Source: Eledone cirrhosa
Lineage: Eukaryota
DNA: 64,000 nt
Direction: 5' to 3'
Assembly: GCA_964016885.1 (NCBI GenBank)
Contig: OZ024743.1
Location: 117,366,001-117,430,000, forward strand
Shown: positions 62,067 through 64,000 of the stretch, in pieces
How the letters are laid out: the number at the start of each line of letters is the position of its first letter
Numbering within the stretch: position 1 is the first letter of the stretch
The notes under the pieces: generated by a model
Seen by the model: only the letters and a program-made list of their open reading frames with translations
What the model was told of the DNA's origin: nothing
The model's database searches: none
Position numbers and translations under genes: made by a program

Positions 62067-62372
62067 TGCAGACTTATTATTTTCTCAAATATTTCTAATG
62101 ATTTTGATAGAGAACTATATATGATTTAAATAACAATTAATCGAATGGTTCCTTTGTCAGTCATCAAAAAGTCACTTTTATTTTAGTAGACACCAAATAA
62201 TACCAACTATCAGCAAAACGTCATATAGTTCAGGTGTGTTTTTGAACATTTAGTTCCGATTCAATAAAAGAGGAATATTAGACGACAATATCAGGTATTC
62301 AGTTTATCAATTCAAATAATGTGTTGAACATTCTAAACGAAACCGTCTATATATGAATTTATAGCAAGAGCT

Positions 62373-62378
62373 GTCTCT

Positions 62379-62412
<34 letters not shown>

Positions 62413-62446
62413 TGAAAGGTTGGTGGTTCAAGTACACCCAGGGACG
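62373..62446 (+). tRNA. trnN: tRNA-Asn(GTT) U51, B-box damaged
   Basis: C61A. Confidence 0.72.
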
Positions 62447-62784
62447 TAATAGTCTACTTTTGCTTTAGAAACATTACTAAAAAATCTGTATATTTAGGTT
62501 TACTGCTTGCATTTAGAATTATTTGTAACACTAATACATGTTTCAATATATTAGCCTGATAAAGATTAATTTTGCTTTACGTTACCTAAACCATTTCATC
62601 TCTACTGGATTGTATTTCACCAAAAATCTTCATATTTCTATCTTAAACGAACACTGATCATCATCTGATGGAACATATAAAGTGTATGTTATAAAAAAAA
62701 TTCAAATGTTTTAACAATCTAAAGTAGATTATATTTATGTTTGTTTAAGTTCTTTCGTAAATATACATTCAGCAAGCACCATTG

Positions 62785-62857
62785 ATCCGGCTAGCTCAGT
62801 CGGTAGAGCAGGAGACACTTAATCTCAGAGTCCAGGTTTCGTGTCCAACGTTGGGTG
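62785..62857 (+). pseudogene. trnK: tRNA-Lys(CTT) pseudogene U52
   Basis: Plus G53T. Confidence 0.85.
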
Positions 62858-63252
62858 AAAATGGTATTGTTTCCATGATATGTTTTATAAAATTGACATT
62901 AATATTAATATTACGAAATAATTATATGGTACATTCATGTATCATGATCAATTGATATTCACCCTAAATATCTAATTGCAAAGCGAAATTTTCAGTGAGT
63001 TTTCAAAGCATTATTATATATTTATGAAATTATTTTGCTATAGGTATGATATGAATTTACTAATATTAATTTTAGTATATAGAACTTGCAACAGGAATAA
63101 GCAAGTTCAATTCAAATATTTATGTTTTACATAAAAATTACTCGTTTCTAAATCATAAATAATTATATTTCTCGAAGTATTTGTTTAATATAAATATATT
63201 GTGGCGATACTGATGTAATTATGACGTCAAATAGAGAGTCACTAGCTGTACA

Positions 63253-63325
63253 GCCGAAATAGCTCAGTTGGGTTAGCGTTAGACTGAAGATCTAAAGGTC
63301 CCCTGTTCAATCCCGAGTTTCGGCA
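63253..63325 (+). tRNA. trnF: tRNA-Phe(GAA) U52
   Basis: A21T, G22T, G64A. Confidence 0.65.
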
Positions 63326-63631
63326 TGCAGACTTATTATTTTCTCAAATATTTCTAATGATTTTGATAGAGAACTATATATGATTTAAATAACAATTAAT
63401 CGAATGGTTCCTTTGTCAGTCATCAAAAAGTCACTTTTATTTTAGTAGACACCAAATAATACCAACTATCAGCAAAACGTCATATAGTTCAGGTGTGTTT
63501 TTGAACATTTAGTTCCGATTCAATAAAAGAGGAATATTAGACGACAATATCAGGTATTCAGTTTATCAATTCAAATAATGTGTTGAACATTCTAAACGAA
63601 ACCGTCTATATATGAATGTATAGCAAGAGCT

Positions 63632-63637
63632 GTCTCT

Positions 63638-63671
<34 letters not shown>

Positions 63672-63705
63672 TGAAAGGTTGGTGGTTCAAGTCCACCCAG
63701 GGACG
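63632..63705 (+). tRNA. trnN: tRNA-Asn(GTT) U52
   Basis: Consensus, intact. Confidence 0.92.
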
Positions 63706-64000
63706 TAATAGTCTACTTTTGCTTTAGAAACATTACTAAAAAATCTGTATATTTAGGTTTACTGCTTGCATTTAGAATTATTTGTAACACTAATACATGT
63801 TTCAATATATTAGCCTGATAAAGATTAATTTTGCTTTACGTTACCTAAACCATTTCATCTCTACTGGATTGTATTTCACCAAAAATCTTCATATTTCTAT
63901 CTTAAACGAACACTGATCATCATCTGATGGAACATATAAAGTGTATGTTATAAAAAAAATTCAAATGTTTTAACAATCTAAAGTAGATTATATTTATGTT

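Larger units (their letters stand above)
1..64000 (+). repeat. Tandem tRNA-gene array (tDNA satellite): 52 units of ~1259 bp (9 units ~1072 bp), each Lys(CTT)-pseudo / Phe(GAA) / Asn(GTT)
   Basis: The same sequence recurs with a ~1259 bp period (Lys copies at 240, 1499, 2758 ... 61526, 62785). The spacers are near-identical between units and no non-repeat DNA is seen. Confidence 0.99.

Noticed and set aside
1-64000. CRISPR-like array
   Set aside because: The repeats are kilobase-scale with conserved, not unique, spacers. There are no cas genes and the tRNAs are eukaryotic type.
1-64000. 5S rRNA, snRNA or histone genes co-repeated in the unit, or organellar/bacterial origin
   Set aside because: I recognise no such sequence on either strand. 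The tRNAs match nuclear metazoan types with internal A/B boxes and T4 terminators and lack encoded CCA.
1-64000. Whole array as a pure assembly artefact
   Set aside because: Units carry structured, nested and recurrent SNP and indel haplotypes rather than identical copies or random noise. Individual singleton variants and near-exact adjacent duplicates still need read confirmation.

Overview
The whole 64 kb window is one head-to-tail tandem array of eukaryotic (animal-type) nuclear tRNA genes, a tDNA satellite that runs off both window edges. The basic unit is about 1259 bp, is AT-rich, and carries three + strand tRNA-derived sequences in fixed order: a degenerate tRNA-Lys(CTT), a tRNA-Phe(GAA) and a tRNA-Asn(GTT). 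None has an intron or an encoded CCA. I count 52 copies of each (units U1-U52, numbered from the Lys copy at 240). Nine units are a ~1072 bp deletion variant with an identical junction. The Lys copy carries the same structure-breaking changes in every unit. Phe is very polymorphic and includes four copies with an AAA anticodon. Asn is the best preserved. Shared SNPs define subfamilies, dimeric higher-order repeats and recombinant mosaics. No credible protein-coding gene, mobile-element ORF or CRISPR array is present. tRNA identities come from comparison by eye with remembered canonical metazoan tRNA sequences, not from a tool run. Position numbers such as U33 or C61 use standard tRNA numbering, and per-copy changes are relative to the array consensus.
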